A stretch of 64,000 nucleotides of DNA from a bacterium (GCA_965213685.1 CBDBZY010000018.1:64001-128000); one strand, 5' to 3'. Numbered from the stretch's first letter, positions 38,074 through 53,244 are shown. Notes: generated by a model from the letters alone, not told the origin. Program-made: numbers and translations.

Positions 38074-39298
38074 TATGGCACGCCGTTAGTAACAAAAATC
38101 ATCTAGTCTCAGGTCTACCTGAGAACTTTTCAGGTCGACCTCAGATTGACAGCAAGCGGTGGCACGCCTCATAGCCTTGTTGAAGTGAGCGGCAATAAAT
38201 AGAATTTCAAGCCTAACCCACACATGGCTGAAAGTACAGACTCTGTTACTTGGGGCTGGAGCGAATACTTCGCACAACTTTCAGAGACTTGGAGCGTCAG
38301 TTTGGTATTGCAAGACTACCCTATGCGGAGTACGCATCTGAACGACTAGCTAGAGCTCTGTGAGGTCACCGTCTCAGCAGGTGAACACGGCAGCCCGCCC
38401 GGACATCGCGAGTGAAGAGAACAGTGATCAGGTGTTACATCGTTTTAGAGACAGAATTGTTGAACTTAGAAGACTAATAGTTTCGCTGCGAGTACACAAT
38501 GTATGGCATTGATGACGGCAGCCCACTCCCTATTCCTGAATATGTCAATGTTCCAAGTATTAACCTTGATCTATCAGCGGAGGTAGTTGCTCGATTGAGA
38601 CAACAGGTGTATCCTCTCTCCCAAAGCCAAAACCATGGTATTGAGCTTTATGAACAAGCTTATATCTGGTCAGTAGTCTTGTTGGACTTCATGTATATGA
38701 ACTAATTTGGCCATTGAAGACGGTTTGCAAAAAATGAAATTGAGTCTGCATGAGTGGGACTTATAAGTTGTGACTTATGGGTGATTTTGTTGCCCTCCAA
38801 AGTTTAGTCTAGATTTGTTGACAGTTCATTATTTCCAGCCAGTTTTCTTTAGTTTATTATACTAGCTACAGGGCTCAAGACAGGACTACTAGTAATTGGA
38901 GATGAAGGAAAAAGTAAATATTACCTCGTCTCAGAAGTTGGGTGACTGTACCAGTGTTCTAGTGCATGGGTGGTTTACTAAATTCTCTCCCCATGATGCA
39001 TGGTGTATACAAAGGTGTTCAATAATAGTGCTAGTGTTGTCTGAGACATATACATCCCAAAAACATTCCTGAACGCCTCAACAATCTCAAGCCTCAGCTC
39101 ATTAAACGTCGCTCCTCTGCTCAACGAAATGGGCCTTTTTCTCTCGCCCAGACACACCAGCAGGCTAACCGCGTCACCAGCACTCTCCACCATGTTTGGA
39201 GTACATGTGGCAATGGATGCAGTCCCGATGACGGTTCGCGTGTGTCAATCTGAGGTCGACCTGAGACCTGATGATTTTTGTTACTAACGCGTGCCATA
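38074..39298. mobile_element. Internally deleted IS3EU-type DNA transposon
   Basis: TIR TATGGCACGC(C)GTTAGTAACAAAAATCATC; 6-bp TSD CGCTCG; a transposase-like C-terminal remnant YGIDDG...VNVP...PLSQSQNHGIELYEQ (38499-38660) and the start of an opposite-strand ORF at 39193. Confidence 0.82.
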
Positions 39299-39999
39299 CG
39301 CTCGAGCTTCGCAGCCGCACGCGCAATAATAACGTTGTGACCTTTGACCCTGCAAACTTTAGGCGGGGTCACGCAATAATTATTATGACGAGCTATGCAG
39401 GCACTATTTCCGGTTATTGACTTGTTACTCACACCCGTGAGGGTCAAGGTTCACAATTAAGACCACCTTGAAGCTGGCAACACCAGAAGAGCTGTCTTCA
39501 TGAAGATCAGGTGAGGGTGCCAAGCAACGTGAAGAAGGACGATCGCGAGCCTCATAAGCGCCCAGAATGATTACTGACGCTGAACTCAGAACGATTGAGG
39601 GTACGGATGATGATAGTTATGGGACTACCTTTAGAAAACATCACGGAGCAAGATTGCGTATATAGGAACTTATTAATAGCACCGCTAGACTCCAAGTTGT
39701 GACCAAGCCTTCATTTAGCTCTGTGTGTATGTGGCAGTTGAAGAGTTACTGTAAGCCATCAGTGTGTGTGTACTATTATTGTATATTGTTCTGATACGTG
39801 TATATGTATATAATGGGTACTGGCCACTCAGGAGGGGCAACTAGTGCTGCGAGTGATTGAGGGTGTACCAGAGAAATCTTGTTTTGTTTGAGAGGATGTT
39901 GCATGAAGGTCTCGGTAGTGGGAACTTTGGTTTCAGCATACAGCTTAGAAGTTTGTGTATGTACATGTACATGTACATGTACATGTAACTGCTTCACTG

Positions 40000-40079
<80 letters not shown>

Positions 40080-40813
40080 ACAAGATAAGCCGAGTGGATG
40101 AACTGCCTCAACTCACAAGCCTCACAGAATTGGGTTTCGACTGAAACAAATTACAGATGACCACACCCACTGTGTGTAGTCGAGATGGATCGAGGGCCAC
40201 CTGCAGTGATAGAGCTTCCTTCCTTTCATTGCTGAGTTTGTTTCTCCCCCCCTTGCTCTCTTCTCCCTCTCCTCCCCCTCTACTCCCTTGGGTGTTCCAG
40301 AAGCACTCATTCTCTGACCTCTGCCAGCTCAGAGGTGAGTGAGTGGTAGAGCATCCCCCCACTTTCCTCTTCACCTGTCTCCCTCCCTCCCTCCATCCCT
40401 CCCTCTCCCCCTCTCTCCCTCTCTCCCTCCCTCCTTTTCTCTCTTCCTCAGACTTCGAAGTCTCTCTCCCCTACCCCTACTCCACCACTTGGAGTGGCTT
40501 TACCTGGGAAACAGGTCCAGGTAGTCACACACCTTCCTTCCCACCCTCTCCCTCCCTCTCTCCCTCTCCCTTCCCTTTTTCTTTCTACCCTTTCCTCTCT
40601 CTCTCTCCCTCCCTCCTTTCCTCCCTCTCTCCTCTCTCCCTCCCTCCCTCCCTCCCTCCCTCTGTCTCTTCTCTCTCCCTCCCTCCCTCCCTCCCTCCCT
40701 CCCTCCCTCTCTCCTCCCTCCCCACCTTCACCCACACAAATTCTCCACATACATGTATAACAATTCCTAAACCACAAGCCACCGCTGTTTTCCTAATAAG
40801 GCACACCATGCAG

Positions 40814-41268
40814 TAGGGGTGAGAATATTATGCTCCAAAATGAGGGAAATATGCTTCTATTTCATGCTCACAATTTGTTGTAATTATGCTCCACAAATCA
40901 TCTCATTATTCTCAAGAACTGTGCAATTATGCTCACAAGACAGATCGACCGGCTGCCTTCAGTCGAGATAGTAGGCTCTCTGGCTCAGCGCTGCCAGTGC
41001 TGGTCCTGCTGGAACATTCTGATGCATCTTCTCCCAAATCTTCTGCCTCACTAGAGATTGTGGTGACTGGTGAGACTGCCATCAGATGCTGACTGACTGC
41101 CACTACACCCGGGCTCATTGTGTTCAGTAGCCATTTTAGTGGCATGTGATAACTGCGCATGCACATAATGCACAGAGACAAAGCAAGTGAATTATGCTAG
41201 TATTATGCTCGATGTCTCTTAAAGTGAATTATGCTAGAAATTATACCGGCATAATATTCGCACCCATA
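40814..41268. mobile_element. hAT-type non-autonomous element, 8-bp TSD CCATGCAG
   Basis: TIR TAGGGGTGAGAATATTATGC / GCATAATATTCGCACCCATA; empty site near 44605. Confidence 0.88.
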
Positions 41269-41315
41269 CCATGCAGCTACCAGTTGCGTGTGGGCATGTG
41301 CTGAGGTGCTTCAGT

Positions 41316-41417
<102 letters not shown>

Positions 41418-43130
41418 ACGCGCGCATGTGTGTGTGTGCATGTGTGTGCATGGAGGGGAAACAGAGGTGGGATAGGGAGGGGAATGCATGTACATGTACA
41501 TGGGCCTCTTCCTTCTGGACCAATGCTCTCCTTTCGTGGACCAATCTCTCCTCATAGTGCGTGCATGTGCACCATGTCTGGAAACAAGTGCAAAGTCTGA
41601 GAATGAGGCTGCAGAGGGTGATCAGAGTGGGCATTTCGTGATGGCAGGTCTTCCAGTGTTCTCCACAGAGTCACTCTCTCAATATGTGTGTACACATATG
41701 CTTTATTAGCTATTCAGTCGAGTCAAGCGCTTCTACACTCCCGTTCTGTTTACCTGTCTGCCTGTCTGTCTGGCTCTGTCTCCCCATCCATCTGTTTGTC
41801 TGTCCTGCTGTCCCTATTGGAACTCTGTCTGCCTTCAGAACTCCTCCATACTTCTTTCTGCCTGTCTGTCTGTCTGTCTGTCTCTGTCTTGCTGTCTGTC
41901 TGTCTGTCTCTGTCTTGCTGTCTGTCTGTTGTCTGTCCTACTGTCCCTATTAGAACTCTGTCTGCCTCCAGAACTCCTCCATATTTCTTTTCCTTCTCAC
42001 CACAGAACAAGTATAGATTTGCCACTTCATTTTGATGGTGGGTCAGTGTAATCTTCCGACTACAAGTGTGGCTACAAGTACACTGCAGGCAAGTATAGCA
42101 GCCTTTCATGCAGCCACAGAGAGCAAGCGGTGACTATCCTCTCAGAGTGAGTGGTTCTGGTGAGATACATGTTCACTGCACACCTCAATCACTGATACTT
42201 GTCCACTGCAGTGGCTGTTCTCAGCTGCGTTGACGGGTGGGAAGACACAGTGAAGAAGGAATTACTGAAGCTGAGACAAGAAACATTGTTGACGTCATGA
42301 CTGCTTTTAAATTCATTGTGTTATGTACATGTAATTTCTCCTGCTTCCTCTGCCACTTCTTGCGCGCGCAACATACCTACGTACGCGGTTCAAAGTGGCG
42401 TTTAACTCCATGAGTACTGATATACCACAGATAATGCACTCGTGTGAATAGCACATATCCTGTGGTACGTGCGTGTGTTGATGCGTAGCTCCACCGACAA
42501 AGCGGTTATGGAACGATGGCTGTTTCCAAAGTGATCCAAATCAACGTGTGAAGACGTTAACTTCCAAGATGTTACATTGATGTACGCGTACCGCGTACTG
42601 CCGCGAGTGAGCTGCATAAGACGATCTTCCAGCTTGCTGCCCTCACAGCTGCGCCTTTGGAAATAGCACAACGCTTATTGGGGAGAGCCGATGACGGGGT
42701 ATGTAACGGTTAATTAAATATTCATAAACTTTATGTAGCGCTACTGACCAGAAAAATTAAGTTACAGAGCTTTGTAAGGCATCATTCGAAAGGTCATGGA
42801 ATGCACTTTTATACACACACCTTTACAAGACCTGTTCACAACACAGGAATGTAGAATTGAAGCATGAAAAGCGAGTAGTGAGAAGTGTTTTCCACGTCAA
42901 TTCTAGCCACAGTCACACTGTGGTAGCTGCGCAAACCGACACATACCGTTTGCTGTTGATCTCCACCAGGGCTAGAATCACCTCGTTCGCTTTATATGCA
43001 AGCGGTGGCTACGTGAGGGTCTCTTTTCCCCCGCGCGCGCTGATATTCTTCGCGATCTTTGCTGTTCAGCAGCGTGTAGCTGCTAAACCGTAGTTATATT
43101 GACGAAATTTTTACATTCCTGCCCTAGCCC

Positions 43131-43197
43131 TAGTCTCGCGAGCCACCGTGTACGCTGCGCGCGTGCGTACACGGAAATACGTCTTGCTGCGAGACTA
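43131..43197. mobile_element. 67-bp AcademH-like micro-MITE, 9-bp TSD CCCTAGCCC
   Basis: TAGTCTCGC / GCGAGACTA termini with a perfect 9-bp flanking duplication. Confidence 0.8.
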
Positions 43198-43492
43198 CCC
43201 TAGCCCTGTGTCCTTATAATAGGAATACGAGCAATATACGGTCCAAATTTGCCTGAAGCGAACAAAAATTGACGTGGAAAAGTTGCGTTGCCCGTAAATC
43301 GCCACCTTATAGCTTAACGAGCCCCACCCGGTCTGCGCTGTATATATCGTACTTTTGTCACCTTCTGACTGCACATGCGTACGATTTCAATTCAAAAGCG
43401 GCACGTGGTAAATGACATTGAAGTTCATCACATTGAAGTTCAAAGGTCGACATGTGTACGAACAGCCTGACTCCTGGCGGCAGCTTCGCATC

Positions 43493-43820
43493 ATGAACCC
43501 GGAGCAGAGAAGAGAAGCAAGGCTGAGCCGTAGAAGAGAAAGCGAGAGAGAACGTCGCGCCTCCGAAACTGCTGAGGAAAGGGAAACGCGGTTATTTAAG
43601 CGAAGAGCGAGAGATAGAGCTCGACGTGCCTCGCAGATAGCTATTCAGCGGAAGAGGGACTTACAGCAGGGAAGAGAGCAGGTGCTACGTGAGACTGTAG
43701 AGGAAAGAGAGATCCGCCTTCAGCGAATGCGCCTTAATGAGATTGGCTTCTGAGACACAAGAGGAGAGGGAGACCCACCTTCAACGAATGCTGGCATCTG
43801 AGACTCCTGAGGACAGACGC
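43493..43820 (+). mobile_element. STPR-like (ETxEERxxRL) repeat ORF remnant of the type found at the N-terminus of Helitron Rep-helicase proteins
   Basis: ETAEERETRL, ETVEEREIRLQRMR and an out-of-frame ETQEERETHLQRM; no Rep or helicase part. A more decayed copy lies at about 49930-50440. Confidence 0.55.
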
Positions 43821-44265
43821 TGAACTCAGAACGACCGAGTACGGACAATGATAGTTATGGGACTACATGTACCGCTGCATAGGAAACCCTCACAGAGCAA
43901 GATTGCATGGGAACTCACTGCTAGACTCCAACTTGTGACCAAGCCTTCGTTTGGCTCTATGTGTATGTGGCAGTTGAAGAGTTACTGTAAGCCATCAGTG
44001 TCACTGTGTGTGTTTGAATGTTGTAGATACTGTAGGCCATCACTGTGTTTCATACACGTACATGTATACATGTATACATGTACGTTGAGTGCAGGCCACT
44101 CAGGAGGGGCAGCTAGTGCTGTGAGTGATTGAGGGTGTACCAGAGAAACCTTGTTCTGTTTGAGAGTGATGTTGCATGAAGGTCTGGGTAGTGGGAGCTT
44201 TGATTTCAGCATACAGCTTGCAGGTTTGTACATGTTAACTGCTTCACTGTACAATTTTCAAGCTA

Positions 44266-44406
<141 letters not shown>

Positions 44407-46566
44407 ACCAAGCTAACCTATCCCCCTCCCTCCTTCGATCCCTCCCTCTCCCTCTCTCCCTCTCTCCTCTCTTCCTCCCTCCTTCCCTCTCTCCCTCCCT
44501 CCCTCCCTCCCTCCCCGCCTTCACCCATGCAAGCTCTTCAACACATGCACACATATGACAATTCCTAAACCACAAGCCACTGCTGTCTTCCTAATAAGGC
44601 ACACCATAGAGCCACCAGTTGTGTGTGTGCATGTGCTGAGGAGCTTCAGTGTATGTGTGTGCATGTGTGCGCATGGAGGGGAAACAGAGGAGGGGTAGGG
44701 GGTCTCTGTCCTTGCATTCATTTCTAGACAGGGTGCATGCACATATGCCATCCGCAACTGGAGAGCACTGGTCTGGGAACCAGACTAACCATTTGAAGAC
44801 TGTTTACAAACTAGAGCAAGAAGATTAAGTTGGTGAACGAGCCTCACTCATTTTCATGATGAGTACTGCTCTACTGTGTGCAAGTGAGCTCTAAAATGAT
44901 GAGTCTGGTTCCCAGATCAGTGCTCTCCATTCATGGACCAAGTTCTCCTCATAGTGCATGCATGTGCACCATGTCTGGAAACAAGTGCAAAGTCTGAGAA
45001 TGAGGCTGCAGAGGGTGATCAGAGTGGGTATTTTGTGATGGCAAGTCTTCCAGTGTTCTCCACAGAGTCACTCTCTCAATATGTGTGTACATGTATGCTT
45101 AATCAGCTAGTCAAGTATTCCAGTTGAGTCCAGTGTTTCTACACTCCGGTTCTGTTTGCCTGTCTCCCTGTCAGTCTGCCAGTCTCCCTGTCTGTCTGTC
45201 TCCGTCTCCCTGTCCATCTGTTTGTCTGTTCTGCTTTCCCTATTGGAACTCTTTCATATTTCTTTTCCTTCTGCAGCCACAGAGAGCAAGTTGTGGCTAT
45301 CCTCTCTGAGTGAGTGGTTCTGGTGAGATACATGTTCACTGCACACCTCAATCACTGATACTTGTCCACTGCAGTGGCTGTTCTCAGCTGCATTGACGGG
45401 TGGGAAGAGACAGTGAGGAAGGAATTACTGAAGCTGAGACAAGAAAGATTGCTGACATCATGACTGCTTTTAAAATAATTGTGAATGTATGCTGTTATGT
45501 ACATGTACATGTAATTAATTTTATCCTGCCACTTCCTGCGCAACATACCGCGTGTAAAGGGCTTACAGTGGCGTTTAATTAACTCAATGAGTACTGATGT
45601 ACATGTACATGTGCCATAGATATCCCATGGATGGGACTTTGAACTCGTGAGAATAGCAGATCCTTTGGTACGTTTGTTGATGCGTAGCTCCACGGACGAA
45701 GAAGGAAAGGTCGACATAAAAACGATGGCCGTTTCGAAAAAGATGAACGTGTGAAGACGTGCGTTTCCAAGACGTTAGAGACTTACATGTACGCGTACCG
45801 CATACTGCCACGGGTGAGCTGCATAAGACGATCTTCCAGCTTGCTGGACACAAAGGCAGAAGCGGCATTTCAGGAACCGAGCAGTGAGTGTGTGCTCTCC
45901 CTCTCACGCTGTTGAGAGTCTCTCTCACTGACGGACGTTAGACATTAGACAGTGTTGGTGTCAGTCATGTCTACTCACTTGCTCTGCATACGCACATTAT
46001 GCATACATATTGCTGTACATGTACATGTTACGTTGTCTCTACTACTGCTACATGTACCATCTTTCATTTTCTTGTTATACCTCATTCCTCTACCTCAAAC
46101 TTTGTCTATTCTATTCCTATTCCTATCACATATTGAGAGCCGCTAGTTATATGCACGTCTTGCGTATGCATGCACATTTCTATTTACTCTCCTTCCCTCC
46201 CTCCTCACTATCTCTGTCCTTCTCATTGACAAGGACATTTTGATATTTTAGTATTACTGCCAGTCAAAAGAATGTTCCAACATACACATATACATGTAAA
46301 TCCTATTGGAGAACAATGCTCTCTTGTCAGACTGTACTAACTGTTGTTAACTGTGATGTCATCTGTGTGTCTCTTTATAGCATGTATAGTGATGTAATGG
46401 TGTAGGCTTATTTAGAACTTTGTGTTGGCTGTGTTGTAGTAGTGCAATCAGTTATTGTCAAAGCCAGCTGAGTCAGTCGCAAGTGCTTCTCTTTGCAACA
46501 TACCCATCCCTTAATTACACCATTCACATTTCACTTGGTATATTCCTTCCCCACAACCACATGCGT

Positions 46567-46650
<84 letters not shown>

Positions 46651-46857
46651 ACACACACACAAGATACAACTCCCTGTGACACCTTACCTTTTACCTTCAC
46701 CTTCAGCTGATACAAGTTCTTCCTCTTCCTTTCCCCACTTCCCCCCTTTGTTCCTCATCCTTACCTTTCTCCCTCTCCTGCTCACCCACCAAGATAAGAT
46801 ACCATTCCAACTATGTCCCTGCCCCATGCTGTGATGAGCTAGTGAGGTGGTGCCTAC

Positions 46858-49800
46858 CTTCACTCTCTCTCCTCTGCCTTTCTTCCTCCAACTTGGACCC
46901 ACTCAGGACATTAGCTAGTGTCCACTTATCTTCCTCTTCACACTCTGCAGTGGAGGCAGAGATACATGAGCAGTTACCTAGGCAACTCTCTTGCCAGTAA
47001 TTAGTGCAGTACTCCTCCCTCTGCCCACAGAGAAGATCACATTACATCATCCACTCACACCTGACATCCTGTGCATAGTGCACTATGTACCCACAGGGAG
47101 GACATGCCACAGCCTTGTACATGTACATACCATCTCACCACATCTCCTACTGCTACTGCTGCCCACAGCATCACTCCACAGTGAGCAGTGTGGCCAGTCC
47201 CCCACTCCACTCACTGCCACAGTGCCCATCATCCTGCCTACCACACTCACTCCACTCACCAAACTCCAGGACTGTGGTGTCAGAGAGCAGCGGCCAGTCA
47301 TTCCATGAGGCATACTTGAAGAGGTTATCGGAGACTCCAGCCACAGCCACCACCAACTTCTTTGTAGGAGTGAGGTGAATCACTCCACCACCATGCGAGC
47401 ACCGTGGAGTCAGGGATCCTGGGGGAAGGAGTACCTGTAGGGAGGGGAACAGGAGAACACTCAAATGTACAGCAGTCCACACAATTGTCTGCTGCTCCAC
47501 TGCTTACTGTTGGCTGCCAGTGGAAGTGTGTTGTGTATTATCTCAAAGGCTGCACATCACCTCCTACACACCCACTGCATTCACTGCTGTCCAGTAATGG
47601 AGCAGCCCATTCCTCACTACTCTCTCCCTCTCCATACCACACAACTCTACACCACATGACTTCTCTACATGTACTGCACACACTGCCATATGCTCTCCAC
47701 ATGCCAACCTCTATCCACTCACATGCCACACCTACTCACCTGGGTTGGCTGCACAGGACAATACCACACACACCACAACACACCATCACTACTGGTATAG
47801 GGACAGGCTTACAAGGGGAAGTGTTCAGCTGAGCACTAGCCACACATGCAGTGTGAAGGTCATTGCCACACAACAGCACCACTAAGGGGACATCAACACA
47901 CTCACTGCCTCATGAGCTCACAGCTCACTCACCTCTTCCCACTGGATAGCATTGATATTGAAGAGCCACACATCTCCCAGTGGCTTGTTTCGTCTGCTCA
48001 TACCTCCCACCATCACCATACATGGGTTTGGTGGGTCTCTGTCTGGATCCCACAGACTGTAGGCTGTGTGGTAAGCCCTCTCCTCAGGCCATGGCTGGCC
48101 TGTCTGAGGTAGCACTGGTCCAGTCCAGTGCTGGAGAGGGAGAACAATTCGAAAACACTTTGAGAACATGTAATCCACTCACATATGCACATGCTCCAGC
48201 TCAGTAAGGCACCCTCCCCTCTCAACACTGCCTGTATGGACTCACACTACTAGCTAGCCACACATGCCAGCCCATGTACATGGAACATGTACCTGCAAAC
48301 CTCTTCTTCCATGCACACTAACTGTCATGTACACTGTACATACATGTACACTGTATGTAGTCTACGTATAGATTCTGTCTCATCATGATAAGTGCAACAT
48401 CTTGTCCACTACTCTAGCAGTTACTATGCATGTACACGCCACTATTGGGTCCCACCAGAGACAATATATTACTGTATATATGTATTCCCATATTCACGTG
48501 TGTATGCTCATATTCATGTACATGTGTGTGCATGTGGTGGTGTCTTGTGCAGGGGACAGTGTCTCCTGTAGCACTGCTCTACATGTATGTACTGCCAGAC
48601 CTGCCACTCCTCATTCCAACTCACAGGCCATGCTCCCCTCTCTACACTGGCTCATGGCTGATGACTGAACACACACTCTCTTCCCTGCACTGACTCGTAC
48701 CAGGTATCTAGGCCCACACTAGCCTCTCGGCACATTATAGCAATCACAAATGTACGCACATGGAGAATGCACTAATTATGTGTTTTATTGTTCAAGCAGC
48801 TGAACTACATAAGCAGTAGGCCACAGGTGGTCTCAGACAGTACATTATTAATTGGGTACAACTGTATCTCAGCCACTCACCCATGCCACAATGTCCAGGA
48901 TGAACACTGCATTTGTCCTCCTCCTCCTCTCCGCATTCCACCCACCAAACCACACGACTCTCCTCCTGTCCACTCTAGTGAGGGTCATACCAGCAGATGG
49001 AGGAGGAGTCCTACCAGTGTTGGGTGGAGTGGACCACTGACCTGGAGGGGGAGGGAGGGAGTGGTCTGGGACTAGCCACACCCACTGGCCTGGGGACACT
49101 CCTCACATGATCCACCAACACCCACCAGGTAAGGCACAAGGCACTCTGCTCCTCACAACCATCTACACCTCTACATACTGACATGTACTAGTCAACATGT
49201 GAGGAGCTCTGCAATGCTCTCACTGTACTTGCTCTATTTGATTCTTTTACCATAAAATCGAACTCTGTAGCTGTTGGGGTAGGCGAATGGGAAATATGTA
49301 AACAATTAACTTCTTATTCACAGACTGTAGTGGTATTGTGGGCATGGGAGTGAATACAGTTCATAGTTGACGCAGAAGAGGTGCCTGGCCGTGCAATGCT
49401 CTGACTGTACTTCATTTGAATATTTTACTATGAAATATTTTGTTGGGGTCAATGGGAACTGTCTCAAATAAGTAAACATTGAAACTTCCTGTTTACGATA
49501 GAGAGTGGTGTAGTGGTATTGTGGGCATGGGAATGAATACAATTCATAGTTGACACAGAAGAGGTGCCTGGCTGACTGTCCAAACATGAACATGCCAGGC
49601 TGATTGCCTGACATGATACAGGTACATACATGTACATAGCAGAGGGTGAGGGATGTGACTTGTGTAGAGCAGCATACATAGTCACATCATTTGCATGCCC
49701 ACCTCATGTGGTGAGAGGTAGCATGTCTGTGCATATATGTATGCTAGAATAACTGACATGGTTACCATGTACACAGGAGGAGAGAGTGCTTCCTTATTAG

Positions 49801-51655
49801 GAAGCATACTATTGCCATGCCTGGCCAAGCTGTGTGGGTGTTTTCCAACTGTCTATGATGGGGCACAGAGACCACCTCCACCCTAACTAACAGCTCCTCC
49901 TCAAGCAGCCACTGCTAGAGAGGCAGCACTGCAGCACAGAAGAGACAGCCTAGCACCAAACATTACTAACTAGAGGAGTGATGCAGCCGAGGAGGGCCTT
50001 GGAAACAAGAGAGACATGTCTACAGCAGATGAGCTCATATCAGCTCCCACGACTGCTCCTGAGACTGCACTGGAGGGAGAAGCTCGGCTGCAGTAGAGAC
50101 ACATTATATATAATTGCTTAAAAATAGATTGGCCTCTGAGACAATAGACAGGAGAGAGGTCCAGCTATGTAGTCCAGTTAGAGTTGATAACAACTCCTCA
50201 GCATGACTGATTCCTCAGTGATATATAGTACTAGACAGAGGGAGCTGCAAAAAGTCACAGCTACAAGAAGCTCAGGTGCAGTAGAGAAACAGGTTGCTTT
50301 GAGGCTGTTACTTAATGGCCTTTGAGACAGTAGAGACAGTAGAGAATGGAGAGGTCCAGCTGTGCAGTCCAGTTAGAGGTAAGAGCAACTCCTCAGCATG
50401 AGATATATCTCACTGACATTACCAGACAGAGGGAGTTGCAGAAAGCCCTAACTACAGTGCATGTGTACATGTACATAAGAGGTAACTTTGAGACAGTAGG
50501 GGTAACTCAAAGTTTGCCATTCATATGGAGGGCACACTCCCACTAGGGGGTCTGGGAGAATGCCAATGGGTGAATTATTGAAGTACAGAGACTCTCAGAT
50601 GGATTCTGAGGCATTCTGCAAGTAGCCATAGCCATTCCCATAATTTTGTTGGGGAGGGGGAGGGATGAAGTTGCTTTCTTGTGGGAGGGGGTGATATTCT
50701 AGGCCTTTTCCTCCCCCTGCATGAACCCCTGCTGATTTTGCAACACAACTGTACCCCATACACATGGCCACATGTACAATCATGCATACCTTACTGCACC
50801 TAATGATATCCTAAAATTTGAGGTACATAGGAGAGGGCAAAGAAAAGATATAACTGATCTCCAGCACATGACCACACATACATATTACATGATGCATTAC
50901 CGGTAATTGGTTTCTAATCCTCAAGTACACATACTTTGAGTAAGGATGTCATGCTCTGGCAGCAATCAGTTGTCTCTATCTGCACTGAGTTTGTGGTCTG
51001 TGTCTGGTGTTATTACATGAGGCCATGTGTAGAGGTCAGCTCATACATGCAGTGGACCAGTTGTAACCTCATGCACAGCATGTGAGGTAGAGTAAAGGTA
51101 CTGACAGTCCATGCACACACCTGACTCAGAGTTGTAGTACAGGAGCTGATTGGTGTATCCTCGACCTTCACTGTTCCCTGACTCAGGAATGAAGCCTGTC
51201 ATTGGCTGGTGGGTAGGACGTTCTGCGTACCCTCCAGCAGTGAGTATATCTCCATTAGTCAGTGACACGAGGCCCGAGTTCTTAGTACGTAGCATTTGGC
51301 CAGTGCTGGCAATTCTCCTCCATACAAAGTTTTGGGAGTTGAAAACAGAGAGCTCATTGCAGTAGCCTGGTACACCACAGTGGCCGCCCATGAAGTACAG
51401 GTTTGTGTGGTATGAGGTGACTGCAGCACCTTGGAACCATGGTGGCAGCTCACCAGATGTTGGATATTTCTTCCATGATAAGGTCACACCATCAAACATC
51501 TCCACTTCTCGTGGTAGCGTGAGCATGCTTTTGTGCTGGAATGACCTAAGCACGCCCCTAAACATCCAGAGTTGTGAGCCAATTGAAAAGGTTGGAGCAT
51601 CATAACGTTCCTCAGGATCATATGAGCCAGTTGGCTGTGTAGGAGGCTCAGCCAT
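46858..51655 (-). CDS. Kelch-repeat (beta-propeller) protein; exons 51655-51121, 49041-48881, 48130-47933, 47434-47260, 46944-46858; 3' end unresolved
   Basis: Repeated kelch motifs LYFMGG...NELSVFN...W, ILTAGGY, VVWFGGW...NAVFILD...W and MVMVGGM...GDVWLFN...W; exons join in phase. Confidence 0.85.
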
Positions 51656-53244
51656 GGCTGGATCTGGGGAGAGGGAGGAGGGGGAGATAGTCACTGAGTG
51701 AAGTTCCACATACACACGGCAATTATGTATACAGTGTCTGCATGTGAGCATATGCATGTCTTGTCCGATTTTAAACACAGTGAAGCTTGTAAGCTATATA
51801 CACTTGCACATGTGCAGTGGGCCTACCTCAACACACTTGTGTATCAGTTTATGGGAGAGTGTTTCTAGCTGTGTAAGCCAAGCTAGGCAAATGCAGTCTA
51901 GTGTTGTGTGCAGGCTCTTTAGTCTTATTCCGCATGTAGGTGGCAGGTGGTTGCTAAGCTGAGTGGGGAAATCCCATCATGTAGCCCTTCTGTCTAACTC
52001 CACCCTTAAAGTGGTCTCTAGAGTGGGGTAAATCCATAATGTTGCACCAGCTCTTTTGTTTTGCTCTGCTTTCAATTCTCTGCTAATATGCTTGCATGAG
52101 GAAATCCTTCATGCTATGGATTTTGTGGCAGCATACAAGGACATTCTGGGACCTTCTAAGTTCTAGCATTACTGGAAGTGTGACTGTGGACATTAGCATG
52201 TTGGGGTAGGAGTATGCAGCAAGGAATGGTACAGTAGTAGGTTCAAGTGGTAGAAAACTGTGATGAGAAACCAAGTCAAGTGGTAAAGGCACGCTCAGGG
52301 TATTATACCTACTCTTAGGTGAGGGGCTTGCTCAGATACACGACGGAGCTGAAGACAAATATATCTCGAGCGTTCAGGGCTCAAGAATCCGAGCGCTGTA
52401 CGCTCAGCAGAGCAAAGGCTAGGGCCGCGCTTGCATATGTCAGGAAGCAAGTGACGTTCGGACGTGCGATGGGGAAAGGGCGCTCGGACGTATGACGAGA
52501 TAAGGGCTGAAAGAGCTAGGCTTCAGACAACTCTAGTCCTACCATGCAATCACAAGAGTAAGAAATCTCGCCACTTGTTCCCACAGTGGTACATGGGATT
52601 CCGGTACATGTACGTTGTGGCTCTGCGCTCGCTGCCGGCAGCGCATATGGTGCTAAGGTAGGCGGGAGGTGTATACTCGAAACTTTTATAGCTTTGACTG
52701 TAAGCTTACTGTGGCTCACACGTTTCTGTGTTCTCCTAGCCAGTTGAATGCGCTCTTTGTTTTCCCTTGCGCAGGGCGAGGTTCACTCTGATCTGTCCCA
52801 CCCTTTGCTCAATAGTATCCTAGAAGTATGCGGATATGGACGACAGTGAGTGTTGTGCAAAACCGGAAGTTTTATGGGAAATATGAATATTGCTGTACAT
52901 AGGAAGTCTGTTATCCAAACTCATACACTCCAGAAACCCACGTCCACCATTGCGATCCGCCACATGGCCTGCGCGCGAAAGCATGAAAGCATAATTTGGT
53001 TACTAGTATACGCTGTCAGTTCAATGGCTAGTGCTGCATCCACAGGTTGTAAAGTACACGTCATGCCAACAACTGATCGTCTGCGCTAAACTATAAAGTA
53101 ACAATTTTCCTGTGACTTCAGCTACACAAACATTATACATTTTTTTCAAATACCCTCCGGTTCCATGTGTTCAGATAAGTGACTTCCTACAGTAGCTTTT
53201 CACGTGTGACGGCGCGTCTTCGACAAACAAGCCACGCGGAGCCA

